DNA of 57,065 nucleotides from NCBI GenBank assembly GCA_018398765.1, contig JAHBMJ010000091.1:1-57065 (forward strand). Direction: 5' to 3'. Position numbers and translations under genes: made by a program. The notes beneath the pieces are model-generated. The model had not been told where the DNA came from and searched no databases. It saw only the letters and a program-made list of their open reading frames with translations. This document shows positions 1 through 11,512 of this stretch, piece by piece. The stretch comes from Chromera velia. Its lineage: Eukaryota. Every line of letters starts with the position of its first letter. The first letter of the stretch is position 1.

Positions 1-780
1 ACTTTGGCGTTGCGGTCTTTTGTCTCCCGTCACTTGCCTCCCTCTTTCTGTCTCCCGCCCTCAGGTCTTATTCCTTCTCTTCCAGCCTTCTGCTGCCAGC
101 CATTCGCTTGCCCCCCTTTCGCTTCAGCCGTCATTTATGTCCCTGCACCTCCATCTATGTGCTGCGCCTTTTCTCGTTCCGCCGCTACCTCTCCCCCCCT
201 TTGCGCCTAGATCGTATTCAGGTTGCGTTCTTTCTCTTCCAGCCGCTAGCCGCCCGTTCTCGGTTTAAATCCCTTTGCTTCAGCCCTTCACTCGCATTCC
301 TCTGCCTCCACCTTTCCCTTTGTGCCGAAAGCTTTCTGCTTGCGCTACCTGCCTCTCCGTTTGTGCCTATCGCGTTCAGGGTGCATTCTGCCTCTTCCAT
401 GCAGCATTTCTTTTCTTCCTAGGGACCAGCCCTCTCGAGCCCTCTGCTACATTCTGCTATGAGCCCCTTCCTTTTCTCCCTCTTATTTTAATCCTTTGAT
501 CACAATATCATTTCTTAGCTTCTACCTCTGTTCTGCGCCCTATCTGCTCTTGCGATCTGCGGCTATCTGCATCTACCTTTCTGTCTTCCGCCCTCAGCTC
601 ACGTTTCTTCTCTTTCGGCCTTCAGCTAGCAGTGTCAGCCATTCGCTTGTCTCCCTCCGCTTTGAGCCCTCACTTGAATGCCTGTACCTCCACTTCGGTG
701 GTGCAGTCTTTCTTCTCCCATCACTTGCCTCCGTCTTTCTGTCTCCCGCCCTCAGGTCTTTTTCCTTTTTCTTCAGCCGC
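1..780. repeat. Degenerate ~157-158 bp tandem repeat (minisatellite/satellite), probably continuing upstream of the window
   Basis: Anchor motif TCAG(G/C) plus similar following sequence recurs at 61, 218, 376, 594 and 752 (spacings 157, 158, 218, 158). Positions 1-69 and 692-760 match at about 61 of 69 nt. CAGCCATTCGCTTG occurs at ~97 and ~636. Confidence 0.6.
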
Positions 781-1081
781 TCATGGAGGCATATTGCGAT
801 GCGGGGCGGCGCATAGTGTGGCACACGGCTTGGCCAATGAGAAAGTATCTGCCGATTACAGCCAAGAATTGCCCTCGGCTCAAGTCAACCCGATCCAACC
901 GAGAAAATCAGACCCTTTCAAGTTGAATCAAACCTAACTGTCGAAGCTGCTGAATACTGATCATAATACTGATCAACAGACTATTTGTTTAAAACGGTTC
1001 GATCGCTTAAAGATGGCAGACTTGTCTTTAATCTTCATGATTAGTTTCAAAAGTATTCAAAGGGGTCTCTATATAATAGAT

Positions 1082-1608
1082 TACACTGTGCTGTTAGGAG
1101 TAACTAAATTAGTTCGGTTACCAAGGCGGCCATTAGGCCGCTCGATAACCATTTTCATGGTTACGGTAATCCTGCAGAGTCACATTGATTAGCGTTGTTT
1201 CGGTAACCAAAACAGTGGTAATCGTTCTTTTAAGTAAAACAAATTAGTGGGTAAATTAAGTACCAAAGATAGATTTATTGTCTAGTTTATTGTAAAGTTC
1301 TCTTATGTCTAGAAATACATGTAAGTATATGTAAGTTAAAGTTAAGTTCTTAATATTATAGAAACAACTTAGACAAAAAAACTTTAAAAATGATCTTTTT
1401 TACATCGTACTGTCCTCATACACAGTTTTTAAAGATGTGTTTCTCCTATATTAGATTTTGATGCAACTAGATGGGTAAATACAGCCAGATTACCGTGGTA
1501 GTGGTAAGCCCCTCAAACCCTCCTAGTTACCAAGTTTTGGTTACCAATTTGATGATAACCAAAAGCTTTCTAAGAAGGGCTTGTAGTTACTTCTAACAGC
1601 ACAGTGTA
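1082..1608. mobile_element. Non-autonomous DNA transposon (MITE), family A: 25-bp TIRs with TACAC termini and an 8-bp TSD
   Basis: Left TIR 1082-1106 TACACTGTGCTGTTAGGAGTAACTA. Right TIR 1584-1608 reverse-complements to TACACTGTGCTGTTAGAAGTAACTA (1 mismatch). Flanked by TAATAGAT at 1074-1081 and 1609-1616. AT-rich interior with no ORF. Confidence 0.9.
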
Positions 1609-2429
1609 TAATAGATTCAAACTTAAATTTCGGAGTCACGATTTATTTTATATTATCTCTGATGATTGAGGGTAATGGTGATTGAAGGTTTTATTTTGAA
1701 GATAATTGAAGAATTTGTTATGTAAGTTGCATCCCCATATATGAGAATCGAGCAGATCTAGCCTAGTCAGTATAATATCATATGATTGTCTCTAAGTACA
1801 GACTCATTAGTTTTAGCCTTACTGGGCCCCAGCATGCCGCAGGAGCGTAGCGGAGGCGGCATAGTACATATTAAGGGAATATGGGATTTTTATCTGAATA
1901 AAAATCTAACTGGCTCAGACTGACCCAGCGGTCAGACCGAGGTTCACCGTTTCCCCACGGATCGCGCTCAGAGTGGTCTTGTTCTGTTTGTGGCACGTCA
2001 CTAAGCCTTACGGTGACGTTTGTTTGGATAGCGGACACCTCCGGAGAGCTATAGACGTCTTTCATGCTTTTCTGGCTTTTTCTTCTTCCTCCAGCCTGCT
2101 CTGAGGTCAGCCAGGCTCTGCCGGGCTCTGCTAAGGGATAGACATGAAGAACTGAAGGAGATCCAAAGAGCACTGAAGGAGGTGGATCGTAAATTAAGTA
2201 TCTGGCTGTTGCAGCCACTCCCTCCAAATTGCTCTCCCTCTCTCCCTCCCAGTCTTTTGCTTCTTCCCCCCCCTTTGTTTCTATCTGTCTCTCTGTCTAT
2301 CTGTCTGTCTGTCTGTCTGTCTATCTATTTAAGAAAGTTTGTTGGTGTTGGTCTCTCAGAAAAGGACGCAGGCAAAAAAGAAACAAGGCCGCAGGTTAAA
2401 AAAAGGATGCAGGCAAGGCCGCATAGATT

Positions 2430-2651
2430 TTATGCGTAGAGCACGTCAGTATACGGTCGAAATTGCCGCTTAGTTCCGGGCCCGGAGTACCTGTGAGACG
2501 CCCTTTGCTGCTGCTGCCATCTCCCCCGCTGTTCCTGAGAGTCTTCATCTATATTTTGGTCCTCCAGACAATCCTTCACGAACTTCTTAAAGCTGTATGT
2601 TCCTAGCTTTTTCGGATTTAAATGCCGACAGGGAGGCTGCAAAGAAGTTCA

Positions 2652-2683
<32 letters not shown>

Positions 2684-2707
2684 ATACACATATACACACA
2701 CACACAC

Positions 2708-2773
<66 letters not shown>

Positions 2774-2809
2774 GGATAGAAGGGGGGGGGGAGAGACAAT
2801 GAGAGAGAG

Positions 2810-2852
<43 letters not shown>

Positions 2853-3703
2853 GAGAGAGAGAGAAAACCCACACAGAGAAACAAAAAGAGACAACATGGT
2901 GAGAGAGAGAGAGAGAGAGAGAGAGCCCACACAGAGAAACAAAAAGAGACAACACGGTGGTGAGGAACACAGAGACAAAAACAAAAATCGATAGACACAG
3001 AGAGAAAAACGGACATACAAACAGATGCATATAGGCTGGCAAGATGACGACGGCAGCACCCCTCCGCAGTGTGACGAACACTGTTTTATCGGGAAGCGTG
3101 TTGGGCTGGGAGAGAACAAGAAAAATATGATATACTGACCGTTAGTTCTTCCCAGTGTTTCGATCGCGACACCCGAAGAATCCTTTTGTTCACATTCTCA
3201 GGAATCAGCACAGTCGCCGCTACTCCCCCTGGCCCACCTCTCCTCGGCCACAAGCGTTGTACCTTTTGAAATGTATTCCCAATTGGGACATCCAGCTGTG
3301 ACAACAGGAAGGATAGATTTGGTTCGTCAGAGTTTCCGTACAGCATATGTGCTCAGAGCCTGGCCAACGCAAAGATGGGGCACAGGCATGGATCATTACA
3401 TGGAAGAACGACCTGCAGATATGGCTGATGTGTCTTCGACTACTTCAGTTTTAGGAGTTGCGCCAAAAGCGCAAATGGGGCAGTAAAATAACATTGTACA
3501 GAGATCTTATCTCGGGTCAAGTTACACATATCATCCGCTCGTCCGAGCAGGGAAATTTGTAGTATCCACACTCCGCGAATCGAAATCCTTTGGGCTTATT
3601 CATCCTCTGTGGCTGTGCCCTTCTCCTTCTCCTCCAACTCTTCATTCAACTGCACACACAGACATATATACACACATATACACACACATACATACACACA
3701 CAC

Positions 3704-3752
<49 letters not shown>

Positions 3753-4573
3753 AACAAACAGAGACAGACCATTGCATAGTTTCTTTCTCTCCGTTTCTTC
3801 ATGCATAAACACAACACAGAAAAAGAAGTAAAACAAAAAAGACAAAAGAACATCAAGACAGACAGACAGACAGACAGAGATAGGGAGAGACATAGACACA
3901 GACGCCGGGTAGAGAGGAAGAGGAATGACTCTTGAGTACATGTGTGTTTGAGTCCATTTGCGTTATCACCCCTCCACAGTGTGACGAACATTGCTTTATT
4001 GGGAGACGGAAAAGCTGCCAGAAACAACAAGCCGCAAAAGAAACTCACTTGCAGGCAGGTAAGCACTTCCTTAAACTCAAAGGCCCGAGTCTCTTTAGAC
4101 TCTGCCCCCTCGTCTCTGTCCTGGAAATCCTTTACCTTCTTGATGAGGTTGCGAATGATATCAAAAAACGCGGGAGAGCCCGACACAGCACCCGTGTGGG
4201 GGTTTTTCTTGTAATCTTCGTTCCTGTACCCCAGACACAGACCCATATCCCTTTTATATGCCTCCAGAGTATTCGCGCGTTTATGAATAGGCCTGTGCTC
4301 GGGATTCTTCGGGTCAAAAGTTGGTCTGTCAAAGGTCAGCTTCGTTAAAAAACGATAAATGTCATTCGGACATATGCACTTGTAGAGCTCCTGGGGGGGC
4401 TTTATGAAGATCTCATCGGTGACCTTGAAGCTTTTGAACAGAAAGTCGTTCTCCAGCTCGCCTCTGTCTGTGACAAAAAATTTCAAAAAGGCCTTGTGTC
4501 TGTTTTTTACATTTTTCGTCAGGCCCGTTCCCAACATGCCTGCGCCTTCACCACCCGTCGCTGTCTCTGCCAT
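2430..4573 (-). pseudogene. Intron-containing Crypton-like tyrosine recombinase, inactivated by in-frame stops
   Basis: Exons 4573-4049, 3649-3140 and 2636-~2420 join in phase 0 across GT-AG introns. Translation includes RANTLEAYKRDM...SGSPAFFDIIRNLIKKVK...ESKETRAFEFKE, QISLLGRADD, PFALLAQLLKLK*SKT, QVVLPCNDPCLCPIFALA, LGTYSFKK, RGRWQ, RASHRY and RPYTDVLYA*NLCG. This is the R-K-HxxR-W-Y order of the tyrosine-recombinase fold. Stops at 3598-3596, 3442-3440, 3355-3353 and 2432-2430. Confidence 0.8.
2651..2930. repeat. Compound (CA)n/(GA)n/(GACA)n microsatellite in the second intron of the recombinase
   Basis: Directly visible simple repeats. Confidence 0.9.
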
Positions 4574-5480
4574 TTTCTGAAAGGACCGGCAAAGATAGAG
4601 AGGCACTGTGAAGAGACTGCAAAAGACAGAGAGGCACTATGAAGAGACTGCCAGTGCGTGCATGGAACGCAAGAGTCTTCACACGAATGTCGAGGCGTAC
4701 GCCATTCTGGTAGTACTGTTGTTGTCATGGGGTGACGTCTCGATTGGTCTTTTCTACCAGCTGCATTTCTGTTGGTTGTCCAGCCAGCCAGCCAGCCATG
4801 TAGAGAGACATGCATGCATGCATGCCGTCTACGTGCGTGTCCATGCAGAATTTTATCTGATTGGAAATCTGATGCCTCCCTATAGATGTTTGGGTGACGC
4901 TTGCCAATATGTTAAGGTTTCGGGCCCCATATGGGTTTTTCGCAAGGTCATTTTCTCTAGTATGACTTTCGCGCGTCCCTATGGGCGCGTCAGATTTCAA
5001 AAATCTGAATGGCGTCAGATTTCCCATATATTAATATATGAAAATCGGCTTGGCCATTTATAATTGCGGCGGCGCGCATGCACCCTTTTTTAATTGCGGC
5101 GGCGCGCGCGCTCGTCACAAGAATTTCAGACCCGCCGCCACCGAAAAAAAGATCGGTCGATCAATCGAGGAATCGAAGTGGATCGCGTGATCGTGCGTGC
5201 AGTCCGAAGAAAAGCCGCAGAATGCAGTATATAGCTGCAACGAAGTTTCGCTTCTTTCGAGCTGATCTGCAGATCAACTGGGACAGTGAAACCTGGCAGA
5301 CGTCACGCGACGCTAAGCCACTCAATTCCCTCCCTATCTGCAAATAACAGGCACTGACAGAGAACCGTTGCTTCAGCACATCCTCTTCCAACGGTTCGAA
5401 CAATCGATTACATTGCCCGTCAGACTGTCCACGACGGGGTCTGACTGTTGAATTGTCCGTTCCATTACCGTCAAGACAAG

Positions 5481-5927
5481 ATGCAGGGCCTGGCGTTCCT
5501 CTCGATTCTTTTGGTACTCTGCGCAGTGTGCGCGAGCCTGAGCGGTCCCAACTTATTCGTCGTCTTGTACGCTTCCGTGATATCCATCCTCGCCTACTTC
5601 ATGGTGTTCAAAATGATTCCAACCTTCATGGAAAAATTGAAGAAAAATGGACTCGCAGGAAAGGATTTGAACAAGTGTGGCAAGGAAGATCTTGTGTCAG
5701 TCACAAGAATTACATATACAGATCAGGTTCACCGCATCAATGATTTGTCGCGTTCTCTTCCTTTGGTTATATTGTTTCCCGTCTATCCTTAATGTTTTCC
5801 TCCCGTCCACTTACTTTTCGAGATATGTAGTCTGCTGTATGATGACCTTCAGTGTTATGTCTAAGTCGAGTGACTTTTTCTGTTGCTTGGTCCAATGCTC
5901 TCCGTCTCCCTGCTTGTGCCTCACTTT

Positions 5928-5963
<36 letters not shown>

Positions 5964-7181
5964 TTTTACTTACTTACTTACTTACTTACTTCGTGTCGTG
6001 TGCAGCCCAGAGGCTCTGGGGATCGTTCCTGCTTTCGTCTTCCTCATCTCGGTCATCTTCTGCCAAGTTCAATTCCAATCAGACCCTGTGAAGGTAGGTG
6101 CCTCTTCTGCCAAGTTCAATTCCAATCAGACCCTGTGAAGGTGGGTGCCTCTTCCGCTAAGTTCCTCAGAAAGTTCCTCCCTCACTTGGCCCTCCGTCTA
6201 CCTCCTTTCTTTTGGTGCAATTCAGAAACAAACTAACCGATTGACACACAGGATTGCTAACTGATCTACCGACTGACCGACCGACCGTCTGAATGAATCA
6301 ACGAACGAACGAATGACTGAATGAATCAATGACCGACCGCAGCTGGGGCAATACAACGCTGGTTTGACGTCCATCTCCTTCATGGTCCTTCTGGTCAGTC
6401 AGTGGCTCTCTCACACACACAGTCCCTGACTCGAATTTAGAAGTGGTGCGTTGGGAGTTTGGACGACGTACGTGTAAGAAATTTGCGTGGTGTTTAGAGA
6501 CATGCACCTTTCTTTTCTTTTCTTTGGATAGGCCCAGGATCGGTGACGTGCGGGGCGGAGAAAAAGGAAGGAGGCCAACGGCAGGAATCCGTTTGTCGAT
6601 CTTTTCGGTCATTGGCCTGCTGTACGCACACCGGCAAATCCCAAAACAAACGGCAAACAAATGGGCGAGACGCAGTCTCTTCCTTCTCTCTGGAAGCTCC
6701 GTAGGCAGAGAGCGGGGTCGTCTCTTTCTAGGGTGTGTCTGCACCCTTGGTCTTTTTTCTCATCCTTGATTTCCCAGCCTCTTTCTTCTTTTCTCCATGC
6801 TTCCTTTTTGCATCATCTCATTGATGCCTGCCTGCAGGGATTTGTAGACGATGTGATAGACCTGCCGTGGAGGTACAAGATGGTGTTGCCAACTTTTGGT
6901 CGGTCCTTCTGTCTGTCCTTAGATCAGTGCCAAAAAGAAGAGGAACAAAGCTTTCGTGCTGATCAAGTCTAGAGGGTGCACCCGGGGGGGGCAGCGGGTC
7001 TATCTGCTTAGGGCAGAACGAATGCAACAAAAGGCTTCAACAGCAGCTTGCCAAAAGGGCGGTGATACGAATTCTTCACATAGACTCAACTAGTGACCCA
7101 ACTTACGAACTTTATTGGACCGGATACTTGACTGGTTGACTTTCATGTGTTTGGTACCCCTCTTCTAGTGTTTTCTCTCCC

Positions 7182-7221
<40 letters not shown>

Positions 7222-9941
7222 TCTCTTTCTATCTTTCTCTTTGTGACTGTGTCTGTTTCCACTTCTGCCTTCCCGTCGGCATCCGTGCAGCCTCACTGCC
7301 CCTGTTGTTGGCATACAGCGGGCCGACGCAAATTCTAATCCCCCCGTGGCTCCACTTTGCTGTCGGTGCTACCCTCGACCTCGGTGAGTCAGATTTCGGT
7401 TTCAGCATTGGTGCTGAGTCCTGGGCCAGGCTGCCTCCCATTGTGTATGTGCGTGTGTGTGTGAGAGAGAGAGAGAGAGAGCGTGCGCGCGCGCGCGCGG
7501 GTGTGTGTTCGTGCGTATTCACGTCCTTGGATGTATACCCCTTTGCCGTATCTCAATCTGTACCCCTCGCAACGTTTCTTGCCCTCCTGTCTGTCTACCT
7601 GTCTGCAGGGATCTTCTACATGGTCTACATGATGATGCTGGCCGTGTTCTGCTCCAATTGCATCAACATTCTAGCGGGTAGGTACCTGCGTCAGTCGGTT
7701 GGTCGGTCATCCTTGAGCATTCTGCTCCTCCAGTTTTCATCCATGGATCACCGCTCTCTCAGCAGTCGTGTTGGGGCTTTCTTTGTTTTGAGACTGAGTG
7801 GAGTGGAGTGGAGTGACGCGTTGCCCTCGTACCTGCGCGACAGGCAGGGAGGGCCCCTTTGTGCCTGCAGGTACACCAAGTGGAAAAAGCCAGCCAGTGG
7901 AAAAAGAAAAGGTTTTTCCCATTCGTCTGCACACCTCTTTGGTCTTCCACCAGTACTTTCTTGTCTTTCTTGCTTCCTTCCCCCCCCCCCCCCCCCCCCT
8001 CTCCCTCCATCCGTCTGATTCTCCTTTCCTTCCCTTCCCTTTCTTGAAGGAGTGAATGGACTGGAAGTGGGACAGTCTGTGGTCATCGCGATCTTCGTCA
8101 TTCTGCACAACCTCATTGTCAGTCAGTCAGTCAGTCAGTCAGTCAGTCAATCTAGGCTCTGGTGTAAAATTGTTGTCGCCTTTATGTTTTTGTCCTCGAT
8201 CGTCTGTCCTGCCCGTGTTGCTGTTTGAAGACGTCAACAGAGAGTCTCCCGCTTCCTTCGTCTTCTCCTTCCGTCGCAATGCCCATCTTCCTGCGTGCGT
8301 TCCACGCCCTTCATTGCGTGGGTGAGAGGTGAGTATGCGCACACAGATTTTTCTCAAAAGGCTTTTGACGACGATTTTGAATCAATCATGCAAGTCTGTC
8401 TGGTGCAGGAGGTGAACATGCACGCAGAGGCAGGAGAGGGGGCCGAGACAGGACACTTACCGGCTTACGCAGAACAGGTGAAAGGGAGAGGAGATGCAGT
8501 AGTTTAATCCTGTGGTTCTTCAGCTTTCTGTCCTTTTCTTCTTCCCTGTAGTTGATTCCTGTGGTTCTCCAGCTTTCTGTCCTTTTCTTCTTGCCTTCCG
8601 TCGGAGCCCGGAAGGCAGAGAAATTCTTTCCGTGAGTGAGTCAGGACAGAAAGAAGGATCTGATCTACCAAAGTGAGGGAGGGGGGGGGGGAGCGGAGTC
8701 GAGACCGACACAGGCAGGTATTCTGGATGCGTTGTCATTTTTCTGATGGAAAAGAGGTACATGAGAGAGATGAATGATCTGTTCAGTGAAGGTTGTTAAG
8801 AGAAAAGACATGACGTAGGTGGTCGGGCTCTAAAAACTACAGGGGCAAAAGGACGCTTGCGACCTGAGATTTTTCTACTCTGTCTCACTCTTTCGCTTTG
8901 CAGCACTTGTTCTCACTTCTTCTGACCCTTCCATTCGCGGCGGTCTCGTTAGCACTTCTGGTCTACAACTGGTTGGTTGGCGGTGTGTCGGGTTGGGGGT
9001 TGATCTTCTTTGCTTTGCCTTGCTTTGTTTTGTTTGGCTTTCAAGTCCACGATGCATTGCCTCTCTGCGTCCCCGACTCTCCGTCTTTGTTTGCATCCCC
9101 GGAACGGTTTTTGTGCATCTCTATCAGCAGCTTGTTTCACTGTCTCGAGTCTTTTTCATTCCGGAGTTTTCCCTCCCTCTCTGATTTCCTCATTTACGTC
9201 TCTCGAGACATTTTTTTACTGGCTTCGGGTTGTCCTTCCGCGTCCGCACTTTTCCCTTTCTTTGTGTCTGTCTATCCCTTTCAGGTATCCATCGCAAGCC
9301 TTCGTTGGCGATACGTTTACTTACTTTGCGGTGAGTGCATGAGTCGGGGGATGTGTACTCATAAATGCCGGCTGGGGCCATTCGGTATCATTGGAGTTCT
9401 CTCTCGAGTGAAGCCGCCTTCCTGGTAGACAGGGAAGAGGTTTTCGTTTGGAGGGATGGGAGGCCTAATGAGAAAGTAAACGTTGAGGTCTGGTTGCATC
9501 CGCTCAATGGCAGTTGGATCCAGATTCGTTTCTCTCGCTGTTTGCTTACGTCTTTCTTTCCTCTTTCTTCCGTGATATTGATGAAAAATTCGTTTACTGA
9601 TCTTCTCTGCTCATGTTCTGAATTATCATCTCACACCCCTTCGTTGTGGCCTCCTTGCAGGGAATGTTCTTTGCCGTGTCGGGAATTCTGGGGCACTTCT
9701 CGCGCACGCTTCTTTTGTTGTTTATTCCCCAAATTCTCAACTTCCTCATTTCGTGCCCTCAGGTGAGAGAGAGAATAGTGACGTGACGTGAAGGAGAGGA
9801 GCATTTTCTCTTCTGTGCTTCTTTCTGTCTGTCTGTCTGTCTGTCTGTCTGAGTTGTCGTGATGTTCTTTTGTTTTTGTTGTTTTCTTTCTTTTTGTCTA
9901 TTGTGTTCATGAAGAAAAGAAGGGAGAAGAAGAAACATATA

Positions 9942-9976
<35 letters not shown>

Positions 9977-10478
9977 GGCATGTTCCTTCCTTTTCTTGTT
10001 TCTTTTTCGTTCAGAAAGAGAGATAGCGCCATTTTCCCGACTTCTTCAGAAGGCAGCAGATTCATCGTGATTCGGTCTGAACAGGACATCCTTTGTGGTA
10101 TGAAGAGGAGAGCGAAAGAAAGGGGGGGGGAGCGAGGCAGTCTGAGGGTGTGGTACTAGTGCTTCTGCATATTGGGGGGGGCACTCATTCTCTCTCTGTA
10201 CATGTTTGTGGAACGGGGATCGTTATGAGCGTATCTTTGCTTAGCTTTCTTCTTCTTCTTCTTTTTCTGATCTGTTCTGTCGCTTGTGGATGGATCTTTG
10301 TTCTGCTGCATGCAGCTGTTTGGATTGGTCGCCTGTCCACGACACCGGATTCCGAAGTGAGCATGCAAAGGAGAATTTTGTTTGCGGTAAAAGTGTGCGC
10401 TCTGTCCCTCCGCAAGTTTGCGTTTCTTTCCTCATGAATCCCTTTCTTCCTGCCGTCATTCGTTTCTTCCTTCTTTTG

Positions 10479-10513
<35 letters not shown>

Positions 10514-11512
10514 TTCTGTTCCCTCCTCTACCTCTCTTTCTGTCTGCCTTAAATTATTCCTCTGTATTTTCCTCAGCCGGTCTTCCTCTGATGTTCGGTC
10601 TCTCTTCCCTCCCGTCTGATGCGATGTCCGTCCACAGAGTGAATCCCAAAACAGGGTTATTGGAGGCTACTCCGAACCTGACGATTCTCAATGGAGTTCT
10701 GAAGGTTTGTGTTTCTATTCTAAGGGAGAAGAGAGGTGGAGAGAATGAAAGAGAACTTTGGAGGCAGAAAGATAAAAAAGAGAGGGAAGAATCCAACCAA
10801 CTCGAGAGATGAATCTAATCTCATTGCATCACTCTCCCGTGCATCCATCCAGGCACCCTCATTGCATCGGGAGAAAATTAGTGCTCAAACAGAGAGGCTA
10901 GGACAGCAACGCCTTTTCAGACAGACAGACAGACAGACAGACAGACACACTCCCATAAACACCGACACAAGCGCGCACACAGAAAGAGGGAGAAGTCGAC
11001 AGACAGAGAGCCAGGCAGCAGACAACAATGAAAACAACCGGAGACAAACAAACACATCAAGGAAGGTCCCCAAGTCTCCGGCAGAGCGTTTACAGACCTG
11101 GAGATCAAATAGAGTGGTTGTTCTTTCTCCTTCCCCCTGTCATTTTTCGCGCATTTTCTATCTGACAAGTACACACCCCCATTTGCATGCCCCCCACCCG
11201 CCTCCCTTCCTCCCCGTATCCCCTGCAGCTGACAGGACCACTCCACGAGAGGACCCTCGTGACCGTGGTTCTGGGGTTGCAGGTACGTGAGAGAAGGCAA
11301 CTGCATGGGGGGAATGGATGCAGACAGATTTGGGTCATTTTTCCTCTAGCCGTCTCGTCTAGTCTGCAGACTCGGGTTTCTCGGGCCTGTACGTCCGACC
11401 TCGCGTCCATCCTCTCGTTCGTTTTTTCTGCTGTGTCTTCGTGCAGGTGGCATGCTGTTGTCTGGGTCTGGCAATTCGATACTCACCCGTCTTTCGTCTA
11501 ATCTTTATATGA
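5481..11512 (+). CDS. DPAGT1: UDP-GlcNAc:dolichyl-phosphate GlcNAc-1-phosphate transferase (GPT/ALG7), 15 exons
   Basis: Exons approx. 5481-5695, 6006-6093, 6343-6393, 6838-6898, 7291-7383, 7609-7677, 8050-8117, 8409-8478, 8904-8971, 9285-9330, 9661-9762, 10316-10356, 10638-10704, 11229-11282, 11447-11512. They splice to give [98 protein letters not shown] and GPLHERTL, all hallmark GPT motifs. Confidence 0.93.

Noticed and set aside
1084..1606. Family A TIRs contain CACTGTG/CACTATG, resembling the RSS heptamer and Transib/ProtoRAG termini
   Set aside because: With CAC as the terminus the flanks (GATTA / TATAA) give no 5-bp TSD, whereas TACAC termini give a clean 8-bp TSD, as in family B.
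1830..1866. Short GC hairpin TGCCGC...GCGGCA followed by TAGT, reminiscent of a Helitron 3' end
   Set aside because: The stem is only ~6 bp, there is no canonical CTRR end, and no matching 5' TC terminus or Rep/Hel sequence was identified.
1871..2227. ORF possibly forming a last recombinase exon (GCR1_C-like tail)
   Set aside because: Only vague similarity, and no clear in-phase splice connection could be established.
2430..3649. Alternative genetic code or stop read-through to explain in-frame TAA/TAG/TGA in the recombinase
   Set aside because: All three stop types occur, catalytic residues are also degenerate, and neighbouring intact genes terminate normally at TGA/TAA.
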